Shown one piece after another: positions 48,304 through 57,433 of a DNA stretch of 64,000 nt. The DNA is from an uncultured Actinomycetes bacterium (GTDB lineage: Bacteria > Actinomycetota > Thermoleophilia > Gaiellales > JAICJC01): the NCBI GenBank assembly GCA_963760755.1, contig CAVXEE010000007.1:434459-498458 (forward strand), written 5' to 3'. The notes under the pieces were generated by a model, which was given only the letters and a program-made list of their open reading frames with translations, had not been told where the DNA came from and made no database searches. Position 1 is the first letter of the stretch. The number at the start of each line of letters is the position of its first letter. The position numbers were made by a program, and so were the translations under genes.

Positions 48304-49764
48304 ATGCCGGTCGCCGTCGACACCTACCGCGAGCGGCTCGAGGACATGACGGCCGAGGCGATGGAGGAGTACTACCTGCACGCCGCCGGCCTCAAGCCGA
48401 CCTACGAGATCGCTGCGGTCTACGCGCGCTACCCCGATCTGACGACGCTCGACCAGGCGCGGGCGCTCGCGGCGGGCGCCGCCCCGGCGGAGCTGCAGCG
48501 ATTCGCCTGCGAAGCCTACGCCGGCGAGGGCACCAAGCACCTGAGCGAGGAGCTCGCAAACACCGAGGCGGCGCTCGTCGTCGAGGCGGACGGCGCCGAG
48601 GTGCCCTACCGCGAGGTGCCGCCGCGCCTCGTCAACGAGCCCGACCGCGACCGCCGGCTGCGGCTCTACGCCGCCCGCTGCCGCGCCACCGCCGAGCGGC
48701 TGAACCCCCTGCACGAGCGCATCGCCGCCCGCACCGGCGAGCTCGTCGGCGACCTCGGCGCCGGGTCGGTGCTCGAGCTCTACCAGCGGTTCGGCTATGC
48801 GCCGCGGACGCTGCACGAGGCCACGAGCGCGTTCCTCGCCGCGACCGGCGATCTCTACCGCCGGCGCCTGGACGCCGAGCTGCGCAGCCACCTGGGCATC
48901 GCGCTCGCCGAGGCGGCCCCGCCCGACCTCGCCCGCCTGTGGCGGGCGCCGCAGTTCGACGCCGCCTTCACGCCGCAGCACGCGCTCCCGGCGCTGCGGG
49001 CGACGCTGCTTGGCCTCGGCATCGACCTCGACGCGCAGCCGAACGTGAAGCTCGACATCTCGGAGCGCGCCGGCAAGGTGCCGCGGGCGTTCTGCGCGCC
49101 GATCCGCGTCCCCGGGCGGGTGATGCTCGTCATGCTGCCCCAGGGGGGCCAGGACGACTACCGCGCCCTGTTCCACGAGGCCGGCCACGCCGAGCACTTC
49201 GCCCACATGCCGGAGCGTCTGCCGGCCGAAGATCGCGTGCTCGGCGACAACGCGGTCACCGAGGGGTTCGCGTTCCTCTTCGAGCACCTGCTCGTCGACC
49301 CGGCGTGGCTCTCGGCCCACCTCGGCGACGGCGCACCCGGCTACACCGCATTCTCCGCGCTCTACAAGCTCTTCCTCGTGCGCCGCTACGCGGCCAAGCT
49401 CGCCTACGAGATCGAGCTGCATGCCGCCGGGGCGCAGCTCGAGCGGATGCCGGCGCGCTACGCCGAGCTGCTGTCGGGGGCGATCGGCGTGCCCTATCCG
49501 GCGACCGACTACCTCGAGGACGTGGACGAGGGCTTCTACTGCACCGCCTACCTGCGCGCGTGGGCGTTCGAGGCCCAGCTCGCCGACCACCTGCGCACCC
49601 GCTTCGGCCGCGCCTGGTTCGCCGATCCGCGCGCCGGGGAGCTGCTGCGCGAAATGTGGGGCCTGGGCCAGTCGCTGCGCGCGGAGGCGCTCCTGCGCCA
49701 GGTCGCGGGTGCGGACCTCGACTTTGCGGCGCTCACCGCCGAGGCCGAGGCGGCGCTGGCCTGA
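48304..49764 (+). CDS. putative zinc metallopeptidase (M3-like, HExxH)
   Basis: 486 aa with FHEAGHAEH (HExxH) and a downstream E (AVTEGFAF). The layout resembles the oligoendopeptidase F-like M3 family. The family assignment is tentative. Confidence 0.65.
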   Translation: MPVAVDTYRERLEDMTAEAMEEYYLHAAGLKPTYEIAAVYARYPDLTTLDQARALAAGAAPAELQRFACEAYAGEGTKHLSEELANTEAALVVEADGAEVPYREVPPRLVNEPDRDRRLRLYAARCRATAERLNPLHERIAARTGELVGDLGAGSVLELYQRFGYAPRTLHEATSAFLAATGDLYRRRLDAELRSHLGIALAEAAPPDLARLWRAPQFDAAFTPQHALPALRATLLGLGIDLDAQPNVKLDISERAGKVPRAFCAPIRVPGRVMLVMLPQGGQDDYRALFHEAGHAEHFAHMPERLPAEDRVLGDNAVTEGFAFLFEHLLVDPAWLSAHLGDGAPGYTAFSALYKLFLVRRYAAKLAYEIELHAAGAQLERMPARYAELLSGAIGVPYPATDYLEDVDEGFYCTAYLRAWAFEAQLADHLRTRFGRAWFADPRAGELLREMWGLGQSLRAEALLRQVAGADLDFAALTAEAEAALA

Positions 49765-49773
49765 GGGCCGGGT

Positions 49774-51432
49774 TCAGACGCCGCAGTCGCCGGCAGCCTG
49801 GACGGCGGCCGCGTGCCGGTAGAGGCGCACCATCCGGCGGACGTCGAAGGCGGTCGGATCGGCCAGGACCGCCTTGTGCCACAGGTAGCGCGCGGACAGG
49901 TCGACTGACAGCACGGTCGGCTTGTGCGGCGCCTTGGAGACGACCAGGAAGGGGCCGAAGCCGCGCACGTGCGCTCCGACGGCGCGCAGCGCCGCGCCCA
50001 CGGCGGCGGGGTCGGACACGGTCATCATCATCCACAGCGTGCCGATCGCGCCGCGCTGGCCGAGCCGGTGGTCGAGCCGGCACCCGCGGCTCGAGCCGAC
50101 GTGCTGCCACGAGCTGAGCGGTGAGGAGTCCGGCGCGGCCAGCACCGCGTAGGCGCCGATCAGGCGCGGGTCCTCGCCCTGGGCGAGGCTGCCGGCGGTC
50201 GTCGCGAGCACGTCGGTCGGGCCGAAGCGCCCTGCCATGTACAGGCTCGCGTTGCGCAGGTTGGCGTTGAAGTTCGCGAGCTCGTTGTGGTCGGCCACCC
50301 AGCCGGGCGCGAGCAGCGCGGCCATCACTGCCGCGGCGATCCAGGCGCCGAAGCGCACCCCGGCGCGGCGGCGCAGCTCGAGCGCGAACCCGGCGAGCGC
50401 GACGGCGTAGCCGGGCAGCAGGAACGACAGATGGCGCTCGGGGGCGAAGTCGCGCGACGCCGCGGTCAGCACCGAGAGCAGGACGACCGGGAGCACCAGC
50501 CACACGGTCGCAAAGGCCGCAGCCCGGCGGTCGCGGAACGCCAGCGCGACGACGCCGAGCACGGCCGCCACGGCGAGCGCGATCCCGAAGCCGACGTGCC
50601 CCGACCCCGACGCCGCGTCGCCGAGCTGCTCCCAGAACCGGGCCGAGCCGAGCCTGATCACCGGCGCGCCCGAGCCGACGCCGTACTTGTTCTGCAGCGG
50701 CGAGTACAGGTGGCGCAGCAGCACGAGCGCGAGCCCGCCGAGCACGAGCGCCGCGGCGAGCGAGGCCGCCAACCGCCGTTGCCCGGCGAGGCCGTGGCGC
50801 AGGCGCAGCGCCGCGAACCCGGCCATCAGCACCAGCTCGGACAGGAGCGCGAACAGACCGAACGGGTGCGCCGAGACGAGCATCAGCGCCGTGAGCGCGT
50901 ACGGCACGACGTAGCGGGCGCGGCCGGTGCGCACGAGCAGGAGCATCAGCCAGGCGCTCGCGTACGCGGCGGCGATCATGGCCGTGTAGCCGCGCGCGAA
51001 CTGGCCGAGGTGGATCGTGATCGGCGACGAGGCGGTGACGACCGCGACCACGGCGCCGCCCGCGCGGCCGACGATCTCGCGGCCGAAGCCGTAGCTGAGC
51101 GCCACCGCGGCGATGCCGAGCAGCGCCGACGGCGCCCGCAGCGCCAGGATGTCGTACCGCCACCAGAGCGCCGCGTGCACCATCAGGTAGTGCAGCGGCG
51201 GCCCGTGGCGGTGGTCGACGGCGACGCGCAGCACGTCGAGCGCCGACGCTCGCGACGCGACGCCCAGCGTGACGCCCTCGTCGTTGTGCAGAGGGCGGAA
51301 GTCGAGGCCGAAGCCGATGACCACGACGGCGTAGCCGAGGGTGGCGGCGAACGCCACGAGCGGCGGCCAGCGGGCGCGCAGGAAACGGCCTGCCCCGTCG
51401 CGAGTCAGCATCGGCGCGGCATTATCCGCCAC
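49774..51432 (-). CDS. GT-C glycosyltransferase (ArnT/PMT_2, GT39/GT83-like)
   Basis: 552 aa. FRPLHNDEGVTLGVA in the first loop is the acidic DE-type motif. More than 10 TM helices are followed by a C-terminal soluble domain. Confidence 0.75.
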   Translation of the reverse strand: MADNAAPMLTRDGAGRFLRARWPPLVAFAATLGYAVVVIGFGLDFRPLHNDEGVTLGVASRASALDVLRVAVDHRHGPPLHYLMVHAALWWRYDILALRAPSALLGIAAVALSYGFGREIVGRAGGAVVAVVTASSPITIHLGQFARGYTAMIAAAYASAWLMLLLVRTGRARYVVPYALTALMLVSAHPFGLFALLSELVLMAGFAALRLRHGLAGQRRLAASLAAALVLGGLALVLLRHLYSPLQNKYGVGSGAPVIRLGSARFWEQLGDAASGSGHVGFGIALAVAAVLGVVALAFRDRRAAAFATVWLVLPVVLLSVLTAASRDFAPERHLSFLLPGYAVALAGFALELRRRAGVRFGAWIAAAVMAALLAPGWVADHNELANFNANLRNASLYMAGRFGPTDVLATTAGSLAQGEDPRLIGAYAVLAAPDSSPLSSWQHVGSSRGCRLDHRLGQRGAIGTLWMMMTVSDPAAVGAALRAVGAHVRGFGPFLVVSKAPHKPTVLSVDLSARYLWHKAVLADPTAFDVRRMVRLYRHAAAVQAAGDCGV

Positions 51433-51520
51433 ATCCGCGCCCGACCGGCGGAGGTGGCGCCGCGCTCGTTGCGATGGTCACCTGCGTGTCGCCGCCTGCC
51501 CACCGGATACCCTTCCGGTC

Positions 51521-52492
51521 ATGGCATCCGACCCCGCGCTGGCCGGCTCGGCAGACCCCGCCGCCGCAGCGGCGCCGGAGGTGACCGTGGTGGTGCCGGT
51601 GCTGAACGAGCAGGCCACGGTGGAGCCGCTCTACGACGGCATCGTGACGACGTTGCAGGCGGCCCGCATCCCGGCCGAGCTGATCTTCATCGACGACGGC
51701 TCGACCGACGGCACGTTCGCCATCCTCGAGCGCCTGCACGACGCCGACCCGCGCGTGCGGGTCGTCAAGTTCAAGCGCAACTTCGGCCAGCACCCGGCCA
51801 TGCACGCCGGCATCGCCCGCGCGCGCGGCGACATCGTCGTCACGATGGACGGCGACCTGCAGAACCAGCCCGCCGACATCCCCCGGCTCGTCGCCGCCGT
51901 CGAGGCGGGCGCCGACGTCGCCAGCGGACGCCGGGTGACCCGCCGCGACGCGATGCTGCCGCGGCGGCTGCCGTCGCTCTTCATCAACCGCCTGCTCGGC
52001 CGCCTCACCGGCGCGCCGGTGAGCGACTTCGGCTGCGCGTTCAACGCCTACCGACGCGACGCGCTCGAGCCCGTGATGCACCGCATCGGCCGGCAGAAGT
52101 TCACGAAGGCGCTCGTCTGCTCGACCGGCGCGCGCGTGACCGAGGTCGACCTCGACCACCGCGCCCGCGCCGACCGCAGCCGGTACGGGATGGTCAGCCT
52201 GATCAAGCTCGCGCTGCACGTCCTGACCGGGTTCTGGGCGCAGCTCGTGCAGTGGCTCGGCACCGTGCTCGGCGTGCTCGGTATCCTTACGGCTCTGGGG
52301 GTGGGAATCTGGGGGGTCGTCTACTGGATCCGGTACGACAATTTCCCGGGTCCGCTGCTCCTGGGAGGCCTCGTCCTCTTCGTGCTCGGCCTGCAGGGGC
52401 TCCTGATGGCCGTGCTGGGCGAGAACCTGCAACGGATCCAGCGCGACGTCGAGCAACGGCCGCTGTACTACATCGATCGAGAGCTGGGATAG
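51521..52492 (+). CDS. polyprenyl-phosphate glycosyltransferase, GT2 (ArnC/GtrB-like) with two C-terminal TM helices
   Basis: VVVPVLNEQ, IFIDDGSTDGT and TMDGDLQNQP. The C-terminus is GFWAQLVQWLGTVLGVLGIL..LLLGGLVLFVLGLQGLLMAVLGENL, the ArnC-type layout. Confidence 0.85.
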   Translation: MASDPALAGSADPAAAAAPEVTVVVPVLNEQATVEPLYDGIVTTLQAARIPAELIFIDDGSTDGTFAILERLHDADPRVRVVKFKRNFGQHPAMHAGIARARGDIVVTMDGDLQNQPADIPRLVAAVEAGADVASGRRVTRRDAMLPRRLPSLFINRLLGRLTGAPVSDFGCAFNAYRRDALEPVMHRIGRQKFTKALVCSTGARVTEVDLDHRARADRSRYGMVSLIKLALHVLTGFWAQLVQWLGTVLGVLGILTALGVGIWGVVYWIRYDNFPGPLLLGGLVLFVLGLQGLLMAVLGENLQRIQRDVEQRPLYYIDRELG

Positions 52493-52499
52493 CACAGAA

Positions 52500-53513
52500 G
52501 TGACAGGGGGCGACACGGTGAAACGGATACTGGTGACCGGCGGGGCGGGGTTCATCTCGTCGAACATGATCCGCTACCTCCTGCACGAGACGTCGCACGA
52601 CGTGGTGACGATGGACGCGCTCACGTACGCGGGCAACATGGCCAACCTGGCCGACGTGACCGACCACGACCGGCTGCGCTTCATCCACGGCGACATCCGC
52701 GACCTGGCCGACGTCACCGCGGCGCTCGACGGCGTCGACGTGATCGTGAACGCGGCCGCCGAGTCGCACGTGTCCAAGTCGATCGCCGAGGGCGGCGCCG
52801 AGTTCGTGACCACAAACGTCGTCGGCACCCAGGTGCTGATGGACGCGATGCGCAACCACCCCATCGAGCGGTTCATCCTCATCTCCTCGTCCGAGGTCTA
52901 CGGCACCGCCGAGACCGAGCCGATGAGCGAGGATCATCCGCTCAACCCGCGCTCCCCGTATGCGGGCACCAAGGCGGGCGGCGACCGGCTGGCGTACTCG
53001 TACTACTGCACGTACGACCTGCCGATCACGGTCATCCGGCCCTTCAACAACTACGGGCCGTACCAGCACCCCGAGAAGGTCATCCCCCGCTTCATCATCC
53101 AGGCGCTCTGCGACCGGCCGCTGACGATCCACGGCGACGGCCACGCCAGCCGCGACTGGCTGCACGTGTTCGACACGGCCGAGGCGATCACGACCGCGTG
53201 CGAGACGCCGCTCTCGAATATCGTCGGCGAGACGATCAACGTCGCCACGGGCATCGACGAGACGGTCGAGCAGATCGCCGACATGATCCTCGAGATCCTG
53301 GGCAAGCCGGCGTCGCTGAAGCGGCATGTCGTCGACCGGCCCGGGCAGGTCGATCGCCACATCGGCTCCACCGACAAGGCGGAGCGGCTGCTCGGCTGGC
53401 GGTCGCGCATCCCCTTCGCCGACGGGCTGGAGCGCACCATCCGCTGGTACAGCGAGAATCCGGAATGGTGGCAGGCCGTCCTGGCCTCGGAGCAGACGGC
53501 GCAGGCCGTCTGA
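52500..53513 (+). CDS. rfbB: dTDP-glucose 4,6-dehydratase
   Basis: ILVTGGAGFISSN, DALTYAGN, SSSEVYG and YAGTKAGGD (YxxxK). 337 aa. Confidence 0.9.
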   Translation: MTGGDTVKRILVTGGAGFISSNMIRYLLHETSHDVVTMDALTYAGNMANLADVTDHDRLRFIHGDIRDLADVTAALDGVDVIVNAAAESHVSKSIAEGGAEFVTTNVVGTQVLMDAMRNHPIERFILISSSEVYGTAETEPMSEDHPLNPRSPYAGTKAGGDRLAYSYYCTYDLPITVIRPFNNYGPYQHPEKVIPRFIIQALCDRPLTIHGDGHASRDWLHVFDTAEAITTACETPLSNIVGETINVATGIDETVEQIADMILEILGKPASLKRHVVDRPGQVDRHIGSTDKAERLLGWRSRIPFADGLERTIRWYSENPEWWQAVLASEQTAQAV

Positions 53514-54619
53514 CGCGCCCCCGCACACTGGTGGTGCTCGGTGGCGGCCCGGCGCAGCGGCATGCCATCGACGCCGCCCGCGCGCTCGGCGTGCGCACGA
53601 TCGTCTGCGACGCCGATCCGCGCCTCGCGGACGTGCCGGTGTCGAGCGAGGACGGCGCGGGCGTGCGCCGCGCCGCGCACGACGCCGACGGGCTGATCGC
53701 GCCCGGCACCGACTGGCCCGTGCGCGTCGCCGCCGCCGCCGCGGAGGATCTGCACATCCCCCACCCCATCGCCGCGACGGTGGCGGAGACGTGCACCGAC
53801 AAGATCGCGCAGCGCACACGGCTGGACGCGGCCGGCGTGCCCCAGCCGCGGTGGTCTGCCGAGGCGCCGCCCGCGTACCCGTGCGTCGTCAAGGCGGCCG
53901 ACCGCCAGGGCCAGCGGGCGATGACCATCGTTCGCGACCCGGACGGACTGGCCGAGGCCACCGAGCGCGCGCGCGAGGGCTCGCGCAGCGGCCGGGTGAT
54001 CTACGAGGAGTTCGTGCCCGGCCCCGAGGTGACGGTGAACGCCTTCTCGATCGACGGCCGCTTCCTGCCCGTCACCGTGACCGACCGCATCCACTTCGAG
54101 GGCGTCCCCGGCGTCGCCCGCCGGCACGTCTACCCCGCGGCCGCCGAAGGGGCCGCCGACGCTGCGGCGGTGGCCGAGGCCGCGGTGGCCGCGGTCGGGA
54201 TCACGTCCGGGCCGAGCTACGTGCAGCTGATCCTCGCCGCCGACGGCCCGCGGGTCGTCGAGGTGGCCGCCCGGCTCGGCGGCGGCCACGACTCCGAGAT
54301 CTGCCGCACCGCGGTCGGCGTCGATCTCGCCACCGCCGCGGTGCTGGCGGCCGTCGGCGAGCCGGTGGCCGCGGAGGAGCTCGAGCCGCATCCGAACGGC
54401 GCGGCGGTGATCGAGTTCCTGGCCGCGCCGCCGGGCGAGCTCGTGGCCGCGACCGGCCCGCCGGAGGTGTGCTTCTACGACCCGCGCGGACACGTCTACG
54501 GGCCGCTGCGAATCGCGACCGACCGGGCCGGGTACGTGCTCGCGACCGGCCCCGACCGTGCCCAGGCCCTCCGCCGCGCGGCCGCCGCAGTCGACTCCGT
54601 CAGGTTCGAGGTGCGGTGA
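53465..54619 (+). CDS. ATP-grasp domain protein
   Basis: LVVLGGGPAQRHAIDAARALGV..., then DK...R..L..AGVP.P, PCVVKAADRQGQRAM, YEEFV.GPEV.VNAF and LGGGHD. The start is uncertain: ATG 53465 overlaps rfbB by 49 nt, and GTG/CTG alternatives exist near 53508-53530. Confidence 0.7.
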   Translation: MVAGRPGLGADGAGRLTRPRTLVVLGGGPAQRHAIDAARALGVRTIVCDADPRLADVPVSSEDGAGVRRAAHDADGLIAPGTDWPVRVAAAAAEDLHIPHPIAATVAETCTDKIAQRTRLDAAGVPQPRWSAEAPPAYPCVVKAADRQGQRAMTIVRDPDGLAEATERAREGSRSGRVIYEEFVPGPEVTVNAFSIDGRFLPVTVTDRIHFEGVPGVARRHVYPAAAEGAADAAAVAEAAVAAVGITSGPSYVQLILAADGPRVVEVAARLGGGHDSEICRTAVGVDLATAAVLAAVGEPVAAEELEPHPNGAAVIEFLAAPPGELVAATGPPEVCFYDPRGHVYGPLRIATDRAGYVLATGPDRAQALRRAAAAVDSVRFEVR

Positions 54620-55818
54620 GCCATCCGGCCGCCACCCGCCTTGCGATCGACGGCGGCACGCCCGTGCGCGCGACGATGCTCGACTTCTCACCGCCCGTGA
54701 TCGGCGCCGAGGAGATCGACTCGGTCGTCGCCACGCTGCGCTCCGGCTGGCTGACGTCGGGGCCGCGCAGCGCCGAGCTCGAGCGCCGCTTCGCCGAGCG
54801 CACCGGCGTCCCCCATGCGATCGCGACGTCGTCGTGCACCGAGGCGCTGCACCTGTCACTCGTCGCGGCCGACGTCGGCGCCGGTGACGAGGTGGTGACG
54901 ACCTCGTTCACCTGGCCCGCGACCGTGAACGCGATCCTGCACACCGGCGCGACGCCGGTGTTCGCGGACGTCGATCCCGGCACGCTCGACCTCGACCCCG
55001 CCGCTGCCCGGCGCGCGGTCACCGCCCGCACCCGGGCGCTCCTGCCCGTGCACTTCGCCGGCGGCCCGTGCGACATGGACGCGCTCGGGGCGGTCGCCGA
55101 GGAGCACGGCCTGCGCACCATCGAGGACGCCGCCCACGCGGTCGAGGCCGACGTGCGCGGGCGGCGCATCGGCGCGATCGGCGAGTTCACCTGTTTCTCG
55201 CTATACGCGACGAAGAGCCTCGCCGGCGGCGAGGGCGGGATCATCACCACGCGCTCCGACGCCGCCGCCGAGCGCCTGCGGTTGCTGCGGGCGCACGGCA
55301 TCACCCGCGACCCGTGGAAGCGCGCCCAGACGCACACGCTCGGCCACTACGACGTCGTCGAGCCGGGCTTCAAGGCCAATCTGGCCGATCTGCAGGCCGC
55401 CGTCGCCCTCCCCAAGATCGATCGCCTGGAGCGCTTCCACGCCCACCGCGCCGACCTCGTCGCGCGCTACGACGAGGGGCTCTCGGGCCTCCCCGGGATC
55501 ACGCCGATCGGGCGGCCGGCGTACGGCCGCCACGCCCACCACCTGTACGTGATCCGGATCGACCCGGCCCTGGCCGGCGCCGACCGCGACCGCTATGCCG
55601 CCGCGCTCATGGCCGAGAATGTCTCGACGGGGCTGCACTTCCTGCCGGTGCACACGCTCTCGTGGTATCGCCACAACCTGGCCGTCCCGGAGCTGCCCGT
55701 GACCGAGCTCGCCGGCGCCCAGGTGCTCTCGCTGCCGCTCGCGGCCGCCCACTCCCACGCCGACATCGACGACGCCGTCTCCGCGGTGCGCAAGGTGCAC
55801 GCCGCGCTCGCGAGGTGA
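54616..55818 (+). CDS. DegT/DnrJ/EryC1/StrS family PLP-dependent sugar aminotransferase
   Basis: GTG overlaps the upstream stop (GTGA). GWLTSGPR..ELE..FA, SSCTEALHL, and FSLYATKSLAGGEGGIITT with the PLP lysine. Confidence 0.88.
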   Translation: MSHPAATRLAIDGGTPVRATMLDFSPPVIGAEEIDSVVATLRSGWLTSGPRSAELERRFAERTGVPHAIATSSCTEALHLSLVAADVGAGDEVVTTSFTWPATVNAILHTGATPVFADVDPGTLDLDPAAARRAVTARTRALLPVHFAGGPCDMDALGAVAEEHGLRTIEDAAHAVEADVRGRRIGAIGEFTCFSLYATKSLAGGEGGIITTRSDAAAERLRLLRAHGITRDPWKRAQTHTLGHYDVVEPGFKANLADLQAAVALPKIDRLERFHAHRADLVARYDEGLSGLPGITPIGRPAYGRHAHHLYVIRIDPALAGADRDRYAAALMAENVSTGLHFLPVHTLSWYRHNLAVPELPVTELAGAQVLSLPLAAAHSHADIDDAVSAVRKVHAALAR

Positions 55819-56816
55819 GGATCGACCGGCGCACCCGGGTCGCGGTCGAGGCGGTGATCTCGGCCGTGGTGCTCGGCCTCCTGCTGCGCTGGGCGGGCAT
55901 CCACCAGGTCGCCCACACCCTGCGCGGGACAGAGCTGCGGTGGTTTCTCCCCGCCGTTGCCGTCAGCATGGCGACGGTCGTCGTGATGGCGCTGCGGTGG
56001 CAGATGCTGCTCACCGCCAAGGACATCAACGTGCCGCTGGGATGGCTCGTGCGCACCTACTTCGTCGCCCTCTTTGCGGGCCAGTTCCTGCCGGCGGCGA
56101 TCGGCGGCGACGCGGTGCGCGTCGTCGAGCTCGGCCGCTATACCGGCGACGCGCCCGAGGCGGTCGCCTCGGTGCTGATCGACCGCCTGGTCGGGCTCGT
56201 CTCGCTCGTCGTGCTGGCCGTGTTCGCCGTGCTCGTGAGCGGCGCAGGCCGGCGGCCCGGCGTGATCGCCGCCGAGGTGGCGTTCGGCGTCGCGGCCGCT
56301 GCCGTGCTCGCGATGCTCTTCTCGAGCCGGCTGCGGGGCGCCGTCGCGCGCTGGCTCGAGCCGCGTGCGGCGGGGCGGCGGCTCGCGGTCGGACAGCGCT
56401 TCTATGACGCGCTGCACGCCTACCGCGACCACCGCGCCACGCTCGTCGTGGTCGGCCTGCTCGCGCTCGGAGTGCAGCTCGCCCGCGTCGGCGTGATCTG
56501 GATGCTCGTGCGCGCGCTCAGCCTCGACGTGCCCGACTCGATCGTGCTCCTGGCCGGGCCGGTCGTGTTCGCCGCGCTGGCGCTGCCCGTGTCGCTGAAC
56601 GGGATCGGCGTGCGCGAGGCGGTCTTCGTCTACTTCCTGCACGGCCACTCCGGCCGGCCCGAGGCGATCGCGCTCGGCCTGGCCTTCTTCGCCGTCGGGA
56701 CGCTCACCGCGCTGGTCGGGGCCGGCGTGCTCGTGGTGCGGTTCGTCCGCTATGGCGTCGGCGCGGTGCGGCCGCGCACCGAGATCGCCGAGCCGCCCAC
56801 GGCGAAGGGCGACTAG
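55815..56816 (+). CDS. flippase-like membrane protein (LPG_synthase_TM / UPF0104 family)
   Basis: GTG overlaps the upstream stop (GTGA). 8 TM helices. RWQMLL, FFAGQFLPAAIGGDAVRV and LPVSLNGIGVREAVFVYFL are typical of this family. Confidence 0.75.
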   Translation: MRIDRRTRVAVEAVISAVVLGLLLRWAGIHQVAHTLRGTELRWFLPAVAVSMATVVVMALRWQMLLTAKDINVPLGWLVRTYFVALFAGQFLPAAIGGDAVRVVELGRYTGDAPEAVASVLIDRLVGLVSLVVLAVFAVLVSGAGRRPGVIAAEVAFGVAAAAVLAMLFSSRLRGAVARWLEPRAAGRRLAVGQRFYDALHAYRDHRATLVVVGLLALGVQLARVGVIWMLVRALSLDVPDSIVLLAGPVVFAALALPVSLNGIGVREAVFVYFLHGHSGRPEAIALGLAFFAVGTLTALVGAGVLVVRFVRYGVGAVRPRTEIAEPPTAKGD

Positions 56817-57017
56817 GGCGGACGGCGTGAATGCCGCAAGCGGGTGATGACAGCCCCGGGTCGCGGGGCCGATGCTTGCAGACATGCACACCCCCTCCCC
56901 CCGCTCCCGCGTCCGCGCCCTCGCCGTCCCCGCCGGGTCGATGCGCGCGGTCAACACCCTGCTCGCCGTCGCCGCAACCCTGTGCCTGCTGGCCGTCGCG
57001 GCCGCCGGCATCGCTCG

Positions 57018-57407
57018 CTAGAGCGAGGTCACCCACACCTCGCGCGTGCGCGGGCCGTCGAACTCGCACAGGAACACCCGCTGCCAGCGGCCGAGCGCGA
57101 GCGCGCCGTCCTCGACGGCGAGCGGATGCGCGCAGCCGACGAGGATCGCCTTGATGTGCGAGTCGCTGTTGCCCTCGGCGTGGGCGAACCGGGGCGAGCG
57201 CGGCACGAGCGCGGCGAGATGGCCGAGGACGTCTGCGGCCACGTCGGGGTCGTAGCCCTCGTTCACCGTTACGGCGGCGGTGGTGTGCGGCACATGCACG
57301 AGCACGGCGCCGCGGTCGATCCCAAGCGCGGTGACGGCGCCCGCGACGGCGTCGGTGATGTCGAGCATCTGGTCGCGGCGGTCGGTGCGGAACGTGAGCC
57401 GGTGCAC
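57018..57407 (-). CDS. yjbQ: YjbQ/UPF0047 family protein (secondary thiamine-phosphate synthase-like)
   Basis: ITD.V......G...G...V.V.HTTAAVTVNE..DP.V..D.......L.P......H.EGNS.SHIKA...G. 129 aa. Confidence 0.85.
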   Translation of the reverse strand: MHRLTFRTDRRDQMLDITDAVAGAVTALGIDRGAVLVHVPHTTAAVTVNEGYDPDVAADVLGHLAALVPRSPRFAHAEGNSDSHIKAILVGCAHPLAVEDGALALGRWQRVFLCEFDGPRTREVWVTSL

Positions 57408-57433
57408 GAGCCGATCCTACCCGGCCGCTGCGG

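Noticed and set aside
56884-57021. 45-codon ORF (MHTPSPRSRVRALAVPAGSMRAVNTLLAVAATLCLLAVAAAGIAR) in the 200-bp gap between the flippase-like gene and yjbQ
   Set aside because: It has one hydrophobic helix, and its TAG overlaps the yjbQ stop as CTAG. It lacks a convincing Shine-Dalgarno and any recognisable motif, and it is too short to separate from chance in this composition. I left it unannotated.
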